A stretch of DNA of 64,000 nucleotides. Origin: Candidatus Obscuribacteraceae bacterium. GTDB taxonomy: Bacteria > Cyanobacteriota > Vampirovibrionia > Obscuribacterales > Obscuribacteraceae. Below the pieces are notes generated by a model that worked only from the letters and a program-made list of their open reading frames with translations, was not told where the DNA came from and did not search any database. A program made the translations under genes and the position numbers. Positions within the stretch are counted from its first letter, which is position 1. Every line of letters begins with the position of its first letter. Below are positions 19,231 through 30,134 of this stretch, piece after piece. The stretch lies in NCBI GenBank assembly GCA_044226015.1, contig JBGAHS010000002.1, positions 320,001 through 384,000 on the forward strand. Reading direction: 5' to 3'.

Positions 19231-21123
19231 CTAGCGGCGATGTCGCTGATGAACTCGAACAGTGTGAGTTCTTATATAATTTCGCAACTGCTCCAGATCT
19301 CGCTGCTGCTCCTCATCGAATTTGGCACCTTGCTGCAGCTGATGCTCCCGTTCCTTTCCAATATCTCGAATCAATTCCCGCGCATCGCGAGGAGAGACTT
19401 CGCCTTTTTTCAACGCCTTCTCTACATCACGCACTCTTTCCATTGCCATCCTATCTCGAGTAGCGGCAAAGAGATCCGCGACACTCACTTCTTTTCCCTT
19501 GCCGCGATCGTGTTCATTACCAAGCTGATTATCAAATGTCACTTTACCTGGCTGACCATCTTTGCCCGGAGTATAACCAGTAACTGTGACCACGTGACCA
19601 TCAGACTCTGGTCCTCCAGGTTGATTGTCTTCTCCAGGAGGACCCATCATTTGATCAGGTCTTACACCATGCTTCAGAGCTTCCTTTTTCAACAACTCAT
19701 CTTCCCCAGGCAGACGCATTGCGTGCACAGAGAGAATTGCTGGAAGCTGATTCGTACGGGCCAATTCTGCTATTTTATTTTCGAAATCTTTTACATCCGA
19801 AAAAGCATTGCCTGATTTCGAATCGTGCTCACTCTGATGTGCGAGAAAAACCTGAGGCTCTTGTCGCCCAGTGAGCATTTTGTTGATAGCTACTAGATTT
19901 TCCAGGCTTGCAGCATGAATCGGATGGTCAGATCCAAGCTCAGCTTTTTCTTCTTGATTTAGCTTGCTTTTATCGCCGTGATAGAGGAGACGAGCACCAT
20001 TTTCACCTTGACGAAACTCAAATTTCGCCTCTGGCTTGCCCTCAGCGGCTGCCTTAGCATAGGGAAGATTCGCAGCAGTAACTTGGAAAATTTGCCCAGC
20101 GAATGAACGAACAGCATTTCCTCGCTGATTATTCTGCTGAGCTTCTCTGTCAGGACGCAAGCTCTCAGGATGCAGTTTTATGTTGGTACCGTCCGCAGTG
20201 GTATGTTGACCTGTGAGGGCCATATCAGCGACCAATTTAGCCGCCACTGCAGGCTCTCGAGTATATAATCGATTTTCAATTGTTGTTACGTTGCAGGTAT
20301 TGTTTTTTCCCTGGTCAGAGGAAGTTGGCTCGGCTGCCTTAGCAAGGACTTGCTCAGCAAGGCGAATTCGGTTTCTCTCACCTTGTACGCCAGATTGCTG
20401 CGTTCCCTTTGATTCAAGCAATCGAGTAATCTGGGCGTAGGTCTCTTTAATTTGCTCAGGTGCCACGTTCTGCTCTTTGGCGCGTCTTTCGAACTGCGAA
20501 ATATCATTTTCGAATTGCTTCATTTCGCGAGCTGTGTTTGGCCGACCAGCATCGGGTATTCTAGTTCTGGCCAAATCAAGGAGTTTTTGACCTTCCGGAC
20601 TGATGTCCTTCGCAGGGTCGGCACTATCACGGGGCTGAGCGGCTTTATCGCTTTCTGATTTAGCTGGCTCTACTTTTGCTTCAGCATCATCTTTCCTGCC
20701 CGGCTCTACTTTTGCTCCAGCATCATCCTTTTTGCCCGGCTCCACTTTTGCTTCAGCATCATCTTTCCTGCCCGGCTCCACTTTTGCTTCAGCATCATCT
20801 TTCTTGCCTGGCTCTACTTTTGCTCCAGCATCATCCTTTTTGCCAGGCTCCACTTTTGCTTCAGCATCATCCTTTTTGCCTGGCTCTACTTTTGCTCCGG
20901 CATCATCCTTTTTGCCTGGCTCTACTTTTGGACTGGTATCACCAACGAGTTTCAGGTCTGGTAGGGCCCCCTCTGATACAAGCGAACGAGTATCACGCTC
21001 TCGTACCTGCGTTTCTTTAGACTGGTCATTGCTTTTTAGTAAATCAATCGCGTCAACTGAACGGTCGGACGCACGACCTTCCTCGGAAGTCTGTTCGACT
21101 TCCTTATTAGTTTTTTCAACCAT
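19231..21123 (-). CDS. Repeat-containing protein with putative papain-like cysteine peptidase domain
   Basis: DQGKNNTCNV (Gln/Cys), GHVVTVTGY (His), VTFDNQLG (Asn); ATG at 21123 preferred (ORF open to 21279). Confidence 0.7.
   Translation of the reverse strand: MVEKTNKEVEQTSEEGRASDRSVDAIDLLKSNDQSKETQVRERDTRSLVSEGALPDLKLVGDTSPKVEPGKKDDAGAKVEPGKKDDAEAKVEPGKKDDAGAKVEPGKKDDAEAKVEPGRKDDAEAKVEPGKKDDAGAKVEPGRKDDAEAKVEPAKSESDKAAQPRDSADPAKDISPEGQKLLDLARTRIPDAGRPNTAREMKQFENDISQFERRAKEQNVAPEQIKETYAQITRLLESKGTQQSGVQGERNRIRLAEQVLAKAAEPTSSDQGKNNTCNVTTIENRLYTREPAVAAKLVADMALTGQHTTADGTNIKLHPESLRPDREAQQNNQRGNAVRSFAGQIFQVTAANLPYAKAAAEGKPEAKFEFRQGENGARLLYHGDKSKLNQEEKAELGSDHPIHAASLENLVAINKMLTGRQEPQVFLAHQSEHDSKSGNAFSDVKDFENKIAELARTNQLPAILSVHAMRLPGEDELLKKEALKHGVRPDQMMGPPGEDNQPGGPESDGHVVTVTGYTPGKDGQPGKVTFDNQLGNEHDRGKGKEVSVADLFAATRDRMAMERVRDVEKALKKGEVSPRDARELIRDIGKEREHQLQQGAKFDEEQQRDLEQLRNYIRTHTVRVHQRHRR
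20662..20930 (-). repeat. Coding tandem repeat, 36-bp unit, about 7.5 copies (AKVEPG[K/R]KDDA[G/E])
   Basis: Directly visible near-identical tandem units. Confidence 0.92.
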
Positions 21124-21297
21124 ACCAATATCCCTGCAACCTTCTTTAGATAAAACTAAGAAATCAAGGTAAAAAATACGTGGAATTACACAGTGAAAAT
21201 TTAAGTCAGCCACACTGCTTTCAGTTAGTAATGGAACTTTGCTGGTTTTAGAGTCCCATTTATATTCAGGAAAATCCAAAGAAATTTAGTAAGTACA

Positions 21298-24200
21298 CTA
21301 CTCAGGGTTCCCAAATCCCCCGCCCCCGGGAGTCTTGATCACCAGAACATCCCCCTGGTCGAGTTCAATCGTCTCCCTGAACGGAAGCACTTGAACTCGA
21401 TTGCCTTGACGGATAACTAAGTTTTCACCGGCTTGCCCTTCAGTTCCACCCGCGAGACCGTGAGGACAATGCAGCCGCCGATTTGAGAGTATGGACGCAG
21501 TCATTTTCTCTCGAAAAAGCAGCTGCCGTTCTGCACCGGCGCCGCCAACAAACCGGCCGCGCCCACCGCTCTCTGGACGAATCGAAAACGACTTAAGCAA
21601 TACAGGAAATTCAGATTCAAGAACTTCGGGGTCAGTTAGGCGCGAATTCGTCATGTTGGAATGTACAGGTCCCGAACCATCGAAACCATTCCCCGCGCCG
21701 GTTCCACCACAAATTGTCTCGTAGTATTGATATTTTGTGTTTCCGAAGGATAGGTTGTTCATTGTTCCTTGCGACGCCGCCATGATCCCGAGTGCGCCAT
21801 AAAGCACATCAACTATGACCTGAGAGGTTTCAACATTTCCCGCTACAACGGGGGCGGGATAAGATGGATTGAGCAAAGAAGATTCAGGGACTTTAAGAGT
21901 CAACGGACGAAAGCAACCAGCATTTAATGGAATATCGTCATCAACCAGAGTTCGAAACACATACAGCACCGCAGCCTTACAAACCGCAAGAGGCGCATTG
22001 AAATTGGTTTTTGCCTGAGAAGATGTTCCGGCAAAATCAATCAAAGCTTCTCGCTTTTTGCTGTCGATTTCAATTGCAACTTTTATTACACTGCCATCAT
22101 CCATGGTGCAAGCAAAAGATCCAGATTTCAACTTTGAGATAGCTCGTCGAACACTCTCCTCGGCGTTGTCCTGGACAAACTGCATATACGCTATAACGTG
22201 CTTTTCGCCCCAGCGCTCAATCAGCTCTTTTAGCTGATTGATTCCACGAACATTTGCCGCCACTTGAGCCTTTAGATCCGCAAGATTCTGCGAAACATTT
22301 CGGGCGGGGAAAGGTCCTGAGCTAAGGTGTTCTTTGATTTGCTCCTCTAATATTTGAGAATTGCGCATAACCAGCATATGTTGAAACAGAATGCCCTCTT
22401 CTTCAATTGAGGTACTATTCGCAGGCATCGAGCCGGGGCTAATTCCGCCGATATCAGCATGGTGACCACGAGAAGCAACAAAAAACAGAATGCGTTGACC
22501 GCTCTCATCGAACGCCGGACTGACAATGGTCAAATCAGGAAGGTGGGTGCCACCATTATATGGATCATTAATCGCATATGCATCACCCGCTTGCAGACTG
22601 CCAGCTTTTGCAGCAATCAAACTTTTTACAGACTCACCCATTGACCCCAGATGGACAGGAATGTGCGGGGCATTCGCTACTAAATTTCCTTCGGCATCAA
22701 AAATAGCGCACGAAAAATCCAAGCGCTCTTTGATATTCACTGATTGGCTGGTGTTCTGCAAAGTCAAACCCATTTGTTCTGCGACGAAACTAAACAGGTT
22801 GTTGAACAGTTCTAATGTAATGGGATCAGCCTTCAGATCAGCCAGAGCGGCAGTCGCATCAACAGCAACGGAGTTGTTGTGCACCTTTTCCAAAAGCAGC
22901 GAGCCGTCTTCCAGCTTGCGAACAGACCATGATCTTTCGACCACAGTAGCAGTATTCGACTCCACGACTAGCAAAGGTCCATAAATTGGGTCGCTGCCAA
23001 TTTTGTGCCTATGAAGCACAGCTGTCTTGTGCCAGCCGGCGTGGCGCTCATTCCCTCCGTTGCCATCACTCTCTGCGCTGCCAGCACTCCCTGCGCTATC
23101 ACTTTCTGTGCTGCCAACAAATAAATCGACACTGGTGCTCCCGCTCTGCAATTGTTCACCAGCATCCTCAACACAGGAAAGCTGATTGGTCTCAATCTCC
23201 TCCCCTTCAACAAAGACACTGAGGCTACTTAGCACCAGGTGGCGGTTGCTATCATCAAAGCCATATCGAGCTAGATGTCGACGTGAGAAATCCGCGGCAA
23301 GTTCTGCAAAGTTTTCATTAAATGGAACCGAAAGAGTGAAATCGCTTCCCTGGCGTTTCAGTTGAGCCACAACTCTGCGGCGTTGCTTGGAAGGGGAAAC
23401 CCCTTTGGAGGCAAGCAGTTCTTTTAGTTCATTGCTGGCAGATTTAAGACGCTCTTGCAATTCAGGGGGATGAATTTTTGCAATGGACTCATTAAAATCA
23501 AGTTCGCGCACAAGCCTGATTTCTGCCAAACCTATGCCGAAAGCTGAGAGAACTGCCGCCAGTGGATGGATCAAGACGCGTTCCACCCCGAGTTCATCAG
23601 CGATCAGACATGCGTGTTGAGCACCTGCCCCACCGAAGCAAACCAGGGCGCAATCCTTGATATTATGACCTCGTTGCACCGATACATGTTTTATCGCGTT
23701 TGCCATTTTAGATACAGCAATCTTGATGAATCCGTAGGCAATGTCTTCTGGTTTGTGGTCAGTTCCCAGCGTATCATTTACGCGGGAGCACAATTCCGCA
23801 AAAGCAGTTTCGACAGCTTTTAGATTCAGGCTTTCGTTTTGCTGGGGACCAAAGCAGCTCGGAAAATACTCCGGTTGAATGCGTCCCAACAAGAGATTTG
23901 CGTCAGTGAGCGCGAGCGGTCCACTTCTTCCATAGCTCAAGGGACCAGGAACAGCGCCAGCAGAATCGGGTCCGACCCTAAATCGAGAGCCGTCAAAGTG
24001 AAGGATACTGCCACCACCCGCGGCGACAGTATGAATATCCATCATAGGCGCACGAATTCGCATTCCAGCAAGCTCGACATCATACACATGTTCAATTTCA
24101 CCGGCGAAGTAAGCTACATCAGTGGAAGTGCCGCCCATGTCGAAGCTAATGATGCGCTCGAATCCGCAGTTCTTCGCAGCTTTGATAGCGCCTACCATGC

Positions 24201-24993
24201 CGCCTGCTGGACCAGACAAGATGGAGTCTTTTCCTTTGAACAAAGAAGATTCGACCAGACCGCCGTTTGATTGCATATAATGCAATCTGTTGTCCTGATT
24301 TGACGCACTGCTGAATTCTTTAAGACGCGCTTCGAGTTCTTTCGTGTAGGCATTCAAAAGAGGTGTGAGATAGGCATCGACCATAGTAGTGTCGCTTCGA
24401 CTAACATACTTCATCAAAGCCGCGCATTCATGCGACACTGAAATTTGCTTGAATTCTAGCTGCTGGGCAATCTCTTTTGCAAGAATCTCGTGTTGAGGAA
24501 ACTTGTAGCCATGCATCAGAGCAATCGCGCAAGAATCAATGCCCTTGTCACGCGCATTCTTTAGCTTATGGCGCAGTCCTTCGAGATCAGGCTTCCTCAG
24601 AATCTCACCACTTGCATCAATTCTTTCGTCGAATTCGAGGACTGATTCGTAGAGCATTTGAGGCAACTTAACATCTAGCGCAAAAATGTCGGGTCTATTT
24701 TGATAGCCAATTCGTACTGCATCAGCAAAACCGCCGGTGCACACGAATACAATTCGTGCCCCCTTTCTCTCCAGAAGGGCATTGGTTCCAATTGTAGTAC
24801 CCATGCGAAGTGCTGCTAACCGTGAGGAATCAGACCCATACTTTTGCAGCAACTCCCGCATTCCATCAATGGCGGCATTTGCTGATTCCGAGAGTTTTTT
24901 CGTAGCATACAGACGTCCGTCAGGCGAGTGACCGATTATGTCAGTGAATGTGCCGCCTCTATCAATCCAAAAGTTCCAACCTGCTCTGTCCAC
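21298..24993 (-). CDS. oplA: Fused hydantoinase A/B, ATP-dependent 5-oxoprolinase
   Basis: IDRGGTFTD, SGPAGG, DMGGTSTDV, NIKERLDFSCA, HIPVHLGSM, GGTHLPD, TPGGGGFG. Confidence 0.93.
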   Translation of the reverse strand: MDRAGWNFWIDRGGTFTDIIGHSPDGRLYATKKLSESANAAIDGMRELLQKYGSDSSRLAALRMGTTIGTNALLERKGARIVFVCTGGFADAVRIGYQNRPDIFALDVKLPQMLYESVLEFDERIDASGEILRKPDLEGLRHKLKNARDKGIDSCAIALMHGYKFPQHEILAKEIAQQLEFKQISVSHECAALMKYVSRSDTTMVDAYLTPLLNAYTKELEARLKEFSSASNQDNRLHYMQSNGGLVESSLFKGKDSILSGPAGGMVGAIKAAKNCGFERIISFDMGGTSTDVAYFAGEIEHVYDVELAGMRIRAPMMDIHTVAAGGGSILHFDGSRFRVGPDSAGAVPGPLSYGRSGPLALTDANLLLGRIQPEYFPSCFGPQQNESLNLKAVETAFAELCSRVNDTLGTDHKPEDIAYGFIKIAVSKMANAIKHVSVQRGHNIKDCALVCFGGAGAQHACLIADELGVERVLIHPLAAVLSAFGIGLAEIRLVRELDFNESIAKIHPPELQERLKSASNELKELLASKGVSPSKQRRRVVAQLKRQGSDFTLSVPFNENFAELAADFSRRHLARYGFDDSNRHLVLSSLSVFVEGEEIETNQLSCVEDAGEQLQSGSTSVDLFVGSTESDSAGSAGSAESDGNGGNERHAGWHKTAVLHRHKIGSDPIYGPLLVVESNTATVVERSWSVRKLEDGSLLLEKVHNNSVAVDATAALADLKADPITLELFNNLFSFVAEQMGLTLQNTSQSVNIKERLDFSCAIFDAEGNLVANAPHIPVHLGSMGESVKSLIAAKAGSLQAGDAYAINDPYNGGTHLPDLTIVSPAFDESGQRILFFVASRGHHADIGGISPGSMPANSTSIEEEGILFQHMLVMRNSQILEEQIKEHLSSGPFPARNVSQNLADLKAQVAANVRGINQLKELIERWGEKHVIAYMQFVQDNAEESVRRAISKLKSGSFACTMDDGSVIKVAIEIDSKKREALIDFAGTSSQAKTNFNAPLAVCKAAVLYVFRTLVDDDIPLNAGCFRPLTLKVPESSLLNPSYPAPVVAGNVETSQVIVDVLYGALGIMAASQGTMNNLSFGNTKYQYYETICGGTGAGNGFDGSGPVHSNMTNSRLTDPEVLESEFPVLLKSFSIRPESGGRGRFVGGAGAERQLLFREKMTASILSNRRLHCPHGLAGGTEGQAGENLVIRQGNRVQVLPFRETIELDQGDVLVIKTPGGGGFGNPE

Positions 24994-25179
24994 AAGGCGC
25001 CTCGTTCAAATTCATTTTCAGTGGGCATAATATCGCATATCAGAGCATAGGTCGAAATACCGAGAAAGCGAATAGCATCGATGATAATGGAAATTGCCGG
25101 GAACACTATAATTACCAATTCGTCAAATTTCTACATAAGTACAAAATCGTATGTACGAAATGCAGAGAGGTTGCTTCCC

Positions 25180-25743
25180 ATGTCTCTAGCAAAATTTGTT
25201 TTGCCTGTTTTACTAACCAATCTATGTGGAGCAGGAATGTTTACAGCTGCTCTAGCCGACGATCTTTCAACGCCTCAAGCTGGCGGTGTAAGACAAGATA
25301 TATTTAGAATTAGACGCGGGGCGCCTGCTGCTCCGAGTTCCACGTTTTCAGCTCCGGTGGCACCTGCTGGCTCTTCTTCTTCACCGAAGCTTTTTGGAAC
25401 AATTCAAAAATCGAAGCTGCTACCAGCAAACAATCTTCAACCGATGGACGCATCGCCGGATCTGGTGCGCTCGAATGACTATGCCACGCCGGCGCCGCAA
25501 TTCACGATGGCTCCGATACCAGCGGCTGCAAGCACAACACAGAAGCAAAATTCCAAGTACGTTTGGGGACAGAGTGCTGCCGGAGGATATTTTGATGCTA
25601 GCGGGCAGACCAAAGAACTTGTAATGGGTGACCAGTTGTACAAATATGGCGGAACTTTCATGGATGGAACCGCTGTTCCAACAACCCCTGTTGTGTGCAA
25701 TTTCAAAGGTCATGTTTATAAACCTTACGTTGTGAAACGATAG
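25180..25743 (+). CDS. Secreted hypothetical protein
   Basis: GAGAGG RBS before ATG 25180, signal peptide ending ALA-DD, Pro/Ala/Ser linker and a compact C-terminal domain. Confidence 0.65.
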   Translation: MSLAKFVLPVLLTNLCGAGMFTAALADDLSTPQAGGVRQDIFRIRRGAPAAPSSTFSAPVAPAGSSSSPKLFGTIQKSKLLPANNLQPMDASPDLVRSNDYATPAPQFTMAPIPAAASTTQKQNSKYVWGQSAAGGYFDASGQTKELVMGDQLYKYGGTFMDGTAVPTTPVVCNFKGHVYKPYVVKR

Positions 25744-25844
25744 AGTGTGCGACCGACGGCACCGAGTGCACCACATACGGTGCAGCAGGCGCATGTGAAA
25801 CAATACGCGTCCAGGCTGAGATTTATCTTCGTATTGAAGTCACC

Positions 25845-26318
25845 GGTTTTTCTGCGTGCCAAGTGGGTCAAGTTTATTTTGAAAACTCGAACGGTACCGG
25901 TGGAGTTCTAAGGTTTTTCTGCTCGCCAAGTGCTGCGAAGATTTTCCTGAAAACTCCACCGGTACCGTTCGAGTTCTAAGGTTTTTCTGCTCGCCAAGTG
26001 CTGCGAAGATTTTCCCTAAAACTCCACCGGTACCGTTCCAGTTCCAAAGTTTTTCTGCTCGCCAAGTGCTGCGAAGATTTTCCTGAAACTTCACCGGTAC
26101 CGTTCCAGTTCTAAGGTTTTTCTGCTCGCCAAGTGCTGCGAAGATTTTCCCGAAAACTCCACCGGTACCGTTTGAGTCCCAAGGTTTTTCTGCTCGCCAA
26201 GTGCTGCGAAGATTTTCCTGAAACTTCACTGGTACCGTTCGAGTTCTAAGGTTTTTCTGCTCGCCAAGTGCTGCGAAGATTTTCCCGAAAACTCCACCGG
26301 TACCGTTCCAGTTCCAAA
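25845..26318. repeat. Intergenic tandem array of 67-68 bp units with quasi-palindromic core AACTCCACCGGTACCGTTCGAGTT
   Basis: GGTACC cores at 25893, 25961, 26029, 26096, 26164, 26231, 26299. Confidence 0.95.
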
Positions 26319-26499
26319 CTGCGTTGAGCGTACGAAGCATTAAGCCCCAATCCCCTTGCCTGACAAGCCTATAGAGGATTAGTGCAGCCGTCTCGCATCA
26401 CACAGGTTCCCAAACTTAAGCAAAACGCAATCATCTCTTTACATCTCCTTAGTAACCCGATCTGAGAATGGAATAGTCCCCATTTCTCAGGAATACCAA

Positions 26500-27462
26500 A
26501 TGACAAATCAACTCAGCATCCATTCAGGACATTCTGCTGTTTTCGATTACCTGGTCGATTTCAAGAATTTTGCAATCCAGTCACTCATTGTTTCACTGAT
26601 GTTTCTGTTGTCGCCGACTCCTGTTAGTGCTGCAGAAGCCGGCGACGTAATCAATCTATTTCGTTCGACGATAATTCTGAGTAATAACTCGAAGCTCTTT
26701 GTGCGAGAAACAATCGAAGTAGATTTTGGCAATAACCGCCACCACGGCATCGTGAGGACAATTCCTTGCACTGCAATGATTAAAGGGGACAAGAAGCGTA
26801 TTCACATCGCACCCATAGATAGCACCTGCGACGGAGTAAAAGTCGAGAATTCCTTGTCGCTGGATAGCGAGCGCTTCCAGATAAAAATTGGCGACCCCAA
26901 TCGCACGCTCACCGGAATGCACCGCTACACAATTGAATATTATGTCCACGGAGCCGTCCGCCTGTCCAAGAACTATCCAGAACTTTACTGGAACATCACC
27001 GGCAACGACTGGAAAATGCCTATTCGAAAAGCTGTTGGAACCCTTGTTCTGCCGACAGGGCTTCCAAGCTCGCTGGTGAATGCATGCTCGTTTGAAGGTT
27101 ATAAAAACAGCACTGCATACGCTAGCACCAAACGCACTAACACTACCAATATAGAGTTCAACGCATCAAATCTTGCACCAGGACAAGGTTTAACTCTAGC
27201 CGCAAACTTCCCACCCGATTCAATTCAAATACCTGGACTTATCAGCGAATGGGCATTTTATCTCGGTGAAACAGGATTGATTATTGCATCTCTGATCGCA
27301 TTCGCTTGCGGACTCTGGCCAGTCGGGGTCTTTCTACTTTTGATTGCATGGTTTTGGGGCAGCAGCATTGAGAACGCCAATTGGGATAGAAGCGGCAGCA
27401 GCAGCCTCGACTTCGGATCGAGCGGAGGTGGCTTTGGAGGAGGTGGCGGAGACACCTGGTAG
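26500..27462 (+). CDS. DUF2207-family membrane protein (short form)
   Basis: VRETIEVDF..HGIVRTIP, YTIEYYV, ELYWNITGNDW and C-terminal GGGFGGGGGDTW tail. Confidence 0.85.
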   Translation: MTNQLSIHSGHSAVFDYLVDFKNFAIQSLIVSLMFLLSPTPVSAAEAGDVINLFRSTIILSNNSKLFVRETIEVDFGNNRHHGIVRTIPCTAMIKGDKKRIHIAPIDSTCDGVKVENSLSLDSERFQIKIGDPNRTLTGMHRYTIEYYVHGAVRLSKNYPELYWNITGNDWKMPIRKAVGTLVLPTGLPSSLVNACSFEGYKNSTAYASTKRTNTTNIEFNASNLAPGQGLTLAANFPPDSIQIPGLISEWAFYLGETGLIIASLIAFACGLWPVGVFLLLIAWFWGSSIENANWDRSGSSSLDFGSSGGGFGGGGGDTW

Positions 27463-27509
27463 ATGACACATAGTCATCGAATCTCCTGACTCAAGAGTGA
27501 CAAATGACT

Positions 27510-27545
27510 GAAGCGAAAGCCTGGCAAGCTTTCGCTTCTTTCTCT
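27510..27545 (+). terminator. Rho-independent terminator
   Basis: GAAGCGAAAGC-loop-GCTTTCGCTTC followed by TTTCTCT after the DUF2207 gene. Confidence 0.7.
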
Positions 27546-27606
27546 AATCAATCGCAAGAGCAAGTCATGAGTTTTTGTAAATCGCTAAAAAGCGGACTGA
27601 ATCAAT

Positions 27607-27645
27607 ATCAAGAAAAGATCAAGATGGCATAAAGAATACATAAGG
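27607..27645 (-). promoter_or_regulatory. Putative KdpE/OmpR-type operator: four direct repeats at 11-bp period
   Basis: ATCAAG 27607, ATCAAG 27618, ATAAAG 27629, ATAAGG 27640, upstream of transporter 1. Confidence 0.6.
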
Positions 27646-27776
27646 AAAAGTCTGCAAACTCCTACCTAGTCAGGAAACTGCGCAATTATGCATTATTACC
27701 CTCTCGTAAAAATCGTGGAAATAAAGCAACCTTACCGTATAGACTTGTCAAAGTGACTGATTAACGCCAATCGAGC

Positions 27777-29690
27777 ATGACCACTTCAGCTAAGCGATTC
27801 AGAAAGAAATTTACGCTGTGGTTTTTCGAGGGAATGCGCGAGAAGCGCCAGGAATCCGAAAAACACGACCATAGCAAATCCCCCTGGTGGCAAGTAATGT
27901 GCCTCACCGGAGTAGACTACTTTTCGACATTAGGCTATCAACCGGGTATCGCGTTTCTGGCATCTGGACTGCTATCGCCTATAGCTACGATGATTCTCGT
28001 GCTCTTAACGTTATTCGGGGCCCTTCCAATGTATGCATGCGTGGCAAAAGAAAGCCCGCACGGACAAGGCTCGATATCCATGCTGGAAGAGCTTCTGGCT
28101 GGCTGGCGGGGAAAGGCTCTAATTCTTTGCTTGTTGGGTTTCGCCGCCACATCATGGATCATCACGATTACACTTTCCGCTGCAGACGCTGCTGTTCACT
28201 TTGTTGAAAATCCGCTGGTCCCGTATTTTTTGCATGACAGGATGATGGTCACTTTTGGCATGCTTGCTTTGTTGGGCGCAATATTTCTCATAGGGTTCAA
28301 AGAAGCAATTGGGGTATCAGTTTTGCTGGTTGCAGCATACCTGAGCTTGAACGCCGCAATCTTGTATGTATGCGGCAATCACATTGCAAACAACCCCGTT
28401 TCGGTAGAACATTGGTGGCACAAACTTTTGATGCAACACCATTCAGTGTGGAACATGATAGGACTCTCAGCATACCTGTTTCCGAAATTAGCGCTGGGCT
28501 TATCAGGATTTGAAACAGGCGTTGCCGTAATGCCGCTAGTAAAAGGGGACAAGGGCGACACGGAAGAAGTGCCTGCCGGTAGAATCAGGAATACGAAATG
28601 GTTACTCTGTTCATCAGCTTTGATAATGAGCGTTTTTTTGATAGGCAGCTCGCTAGTCACCACCATTCTCATTCCCGAAAAAGAATTTGAGCACGGCGGT
28701 GACGCAGATGGTCGCGCGATGTCGTATCTCGCGCACCAATATCTCGGTGACGCATTCGGAACTGTCTATGACATAAGCTCGATCTCCATTTTGTGGTTTG
28801 CCGGAGCATCAGCCATGGCAGGGCTTTTGCAGCTCGTTCCAAGATATCTCCCTCGATATGGAATGGCGCCTGATTGGGCAAAAGCAGTTCGACCACTAGT
28901 GTGCTTTTTCACGGCAGTAGCTTTTGCTATCACTGCAATTTTCAAAGCAGATGTTGATGCTCAAGGTGGGGCATATGCTACCGGGGTTCTCGTATTGATG
29001 ACGTCTGCAGCCTTTGCGGTAATGCTTTCGACCTGGAAAAAGAGCTTCTTTTCGAAGGTCATTTTCACATCGATATTCGCTGTGTTCGCATATACCGCTG
29101 TAGTAAATATGATGGAACGCCCGGACGGCTTGAAGATCGCTTCGTTCTTTATTATGACAATTTTGTCTACTTCATTGTTCTCACGCTGCATTCGTTCAAC
29201 TGAGCTGCGCGTCATGAAAGTGGAGTTGGATGAAACAGCAAAACAGTTTCTTGAGGAAGTAACAGCACAAGAAATTCGCATTGTAGCGCACCGTCCTGGT
29301 GGCACCGAATACAATTTGAAGGAATTAGAGGCGAGACGCACACACAACGTTTTCGAATCTTTGATATTTTTGGAAGTGCACAGAGGCGATGCCTCGGAAT
29401 TTGCAGAAGAAGTTCTGCGAGTTAACGGTGTGCGCAGAAACGGCGGTTTCCGCGTTTTGCAATGCGAAAGCCCAGCAGTTCCCAACGCCATCGCAGCCTT
29501 ACTTTTGCACATCAGAGAAACAACAGGGAAACTGCCACACGTCTATTTCGGATGGACAGAAGGACACCCTGTTAGCTACGTTCTCAAATACATTTTCTTC
29601 GGCGAAGGCGAAACGGCACCGCTCGCTCGCGAAGTCCTTCGCGCGGCCGAGCCTGACCCAATGCGCCGCCCACACGTCCACGTAGGCTAA
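27777..29690 (+). CDS. APC-superfamily transporter, KimA/YdaO-like (putative K+ uptake), paralog 1
   Basis: [25 protein letters not shown], about 12 TM segments and a cytoplasmic C-terminal domain. Confidence 0.8.
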   Translation: MTTSAKRFRKKFTLWFFEGMREKRQESEKHDHSKSPWWQVMCLTGVDYFSTLGYQPGIAFLASGLLSPIATMILVLLTLFGALPMYACVAKESPHGQGSISMLEELLAGWRGKALILCLLGFAATSWIITITLSAADAAVHFVENPLVPYFLHDRMMVTFGMLALLGAIFLIGFKEAIGVSVLLVAAYLSLNAAILYVCGNHIANNPVSVEHWWHKLLMQHHSVWNMIGLSAYLFPKLALGLSGFETGVAVMPLVKGDKGDTEEVPAGRIRNTKWLLCSSALIMSVFLIGSSLVTTILIPEKEFEHGGDADGRAMSYLAHQYLGDAFGTVYDISSISILWFAGASAMAGLLQLVPRYLPRYGMAPDWAKAVRPLVCFFTAVAFAITAIFKADVDAQGGAYATGVLVLMTSAAFAVMLSTWKKSFFSKVIFTSIFAVFAYTAVVNMMERPDGLKIASFFIMTILSTSLFSRCIRSTELRVMKVELDETAKQFLEEVTAQEIRIVAHRPGGTEYNLKELEARRTHNVFESLIFLEVHRGDASEFAEEVLRVNGVRRNGGFRVLQCESPAVPNAIAALLLHIRETTGKLPHVYFGWTEGHPVSYVLKYIFFGEGETAPLAREVLRAAEPDPMRRPHVHVG

Positions 29691-30134
29691 GTGTCACACG
29701 CGCACTTTGTCGATTGCATTTCATGGACAGAGAGCTCATTCAGTCGCCGCTCGCTTTTGCAAAGCTAATCGATTGAAGTTATTCAGCTAGCGTGCGGAGT
29801 CATTGCGGTGCTGCAGAATCATCGCGTTGCTGCAGCAATAGTTTCGTGTTTTCAGCGGCACCTTCAAGCAGGTTCGACATACTCCCAACAGCTCCTGAGC
29901 CTTGAAAATCTCATAAGCATTTCGATAGTTCGCTATTGCCGGCTCGTAATCGCCGAACATTTCGGACTGCATAGAAAAGAGAACAGAAGACGCGATAGAA
30001 AAAAAGAACAGAAGACGCGCAATAACCTGCGCGCCTTTGTTCTATGTGATGCCTATTCATTTCGTTGATTCAATAACTGTAAAAGAACTAGAGCTTTAGT
30101 CGACCCTCCAATTTTGCGAACCTGAATTTGTAGA

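Noticed and set aside
25758..25783. GGCACCGAGT...CGGTGC resembling the Cas9 tracrRNA 3' hairpin
   Set aside because: Short interrupted match, no anti-repeat and no cas9; likely chance
25845..26318. CRISPR array (period 67-68 bp, palindromic repeat)
   Set aside because: The sequence between palindromic cores is essentially identical in each unit, so there are no unique spacers, and no cas genes are present in the window
25840..26340. 166-aa ORF across the repeat array (also 33867..34307, 43935..44180, 43954..44262)
   Set aside because: 67/68-bp units shift frame between copies; the translations are by-products of non-coding repeats
27546..27776. c-di-AMP (ydaO) riboswitch upstream of the KimA-like transporters
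   Set aside because: Could not find the conserved paired elements by eye upstream of either paralog; an Rfam scan would be needed
29787..29972. TPR-like fragment (GDYEPAIANYRNAYEIF), possible pseudogene remnant
   Set aside because: Only 61 aa with a single weak motif; not enough support
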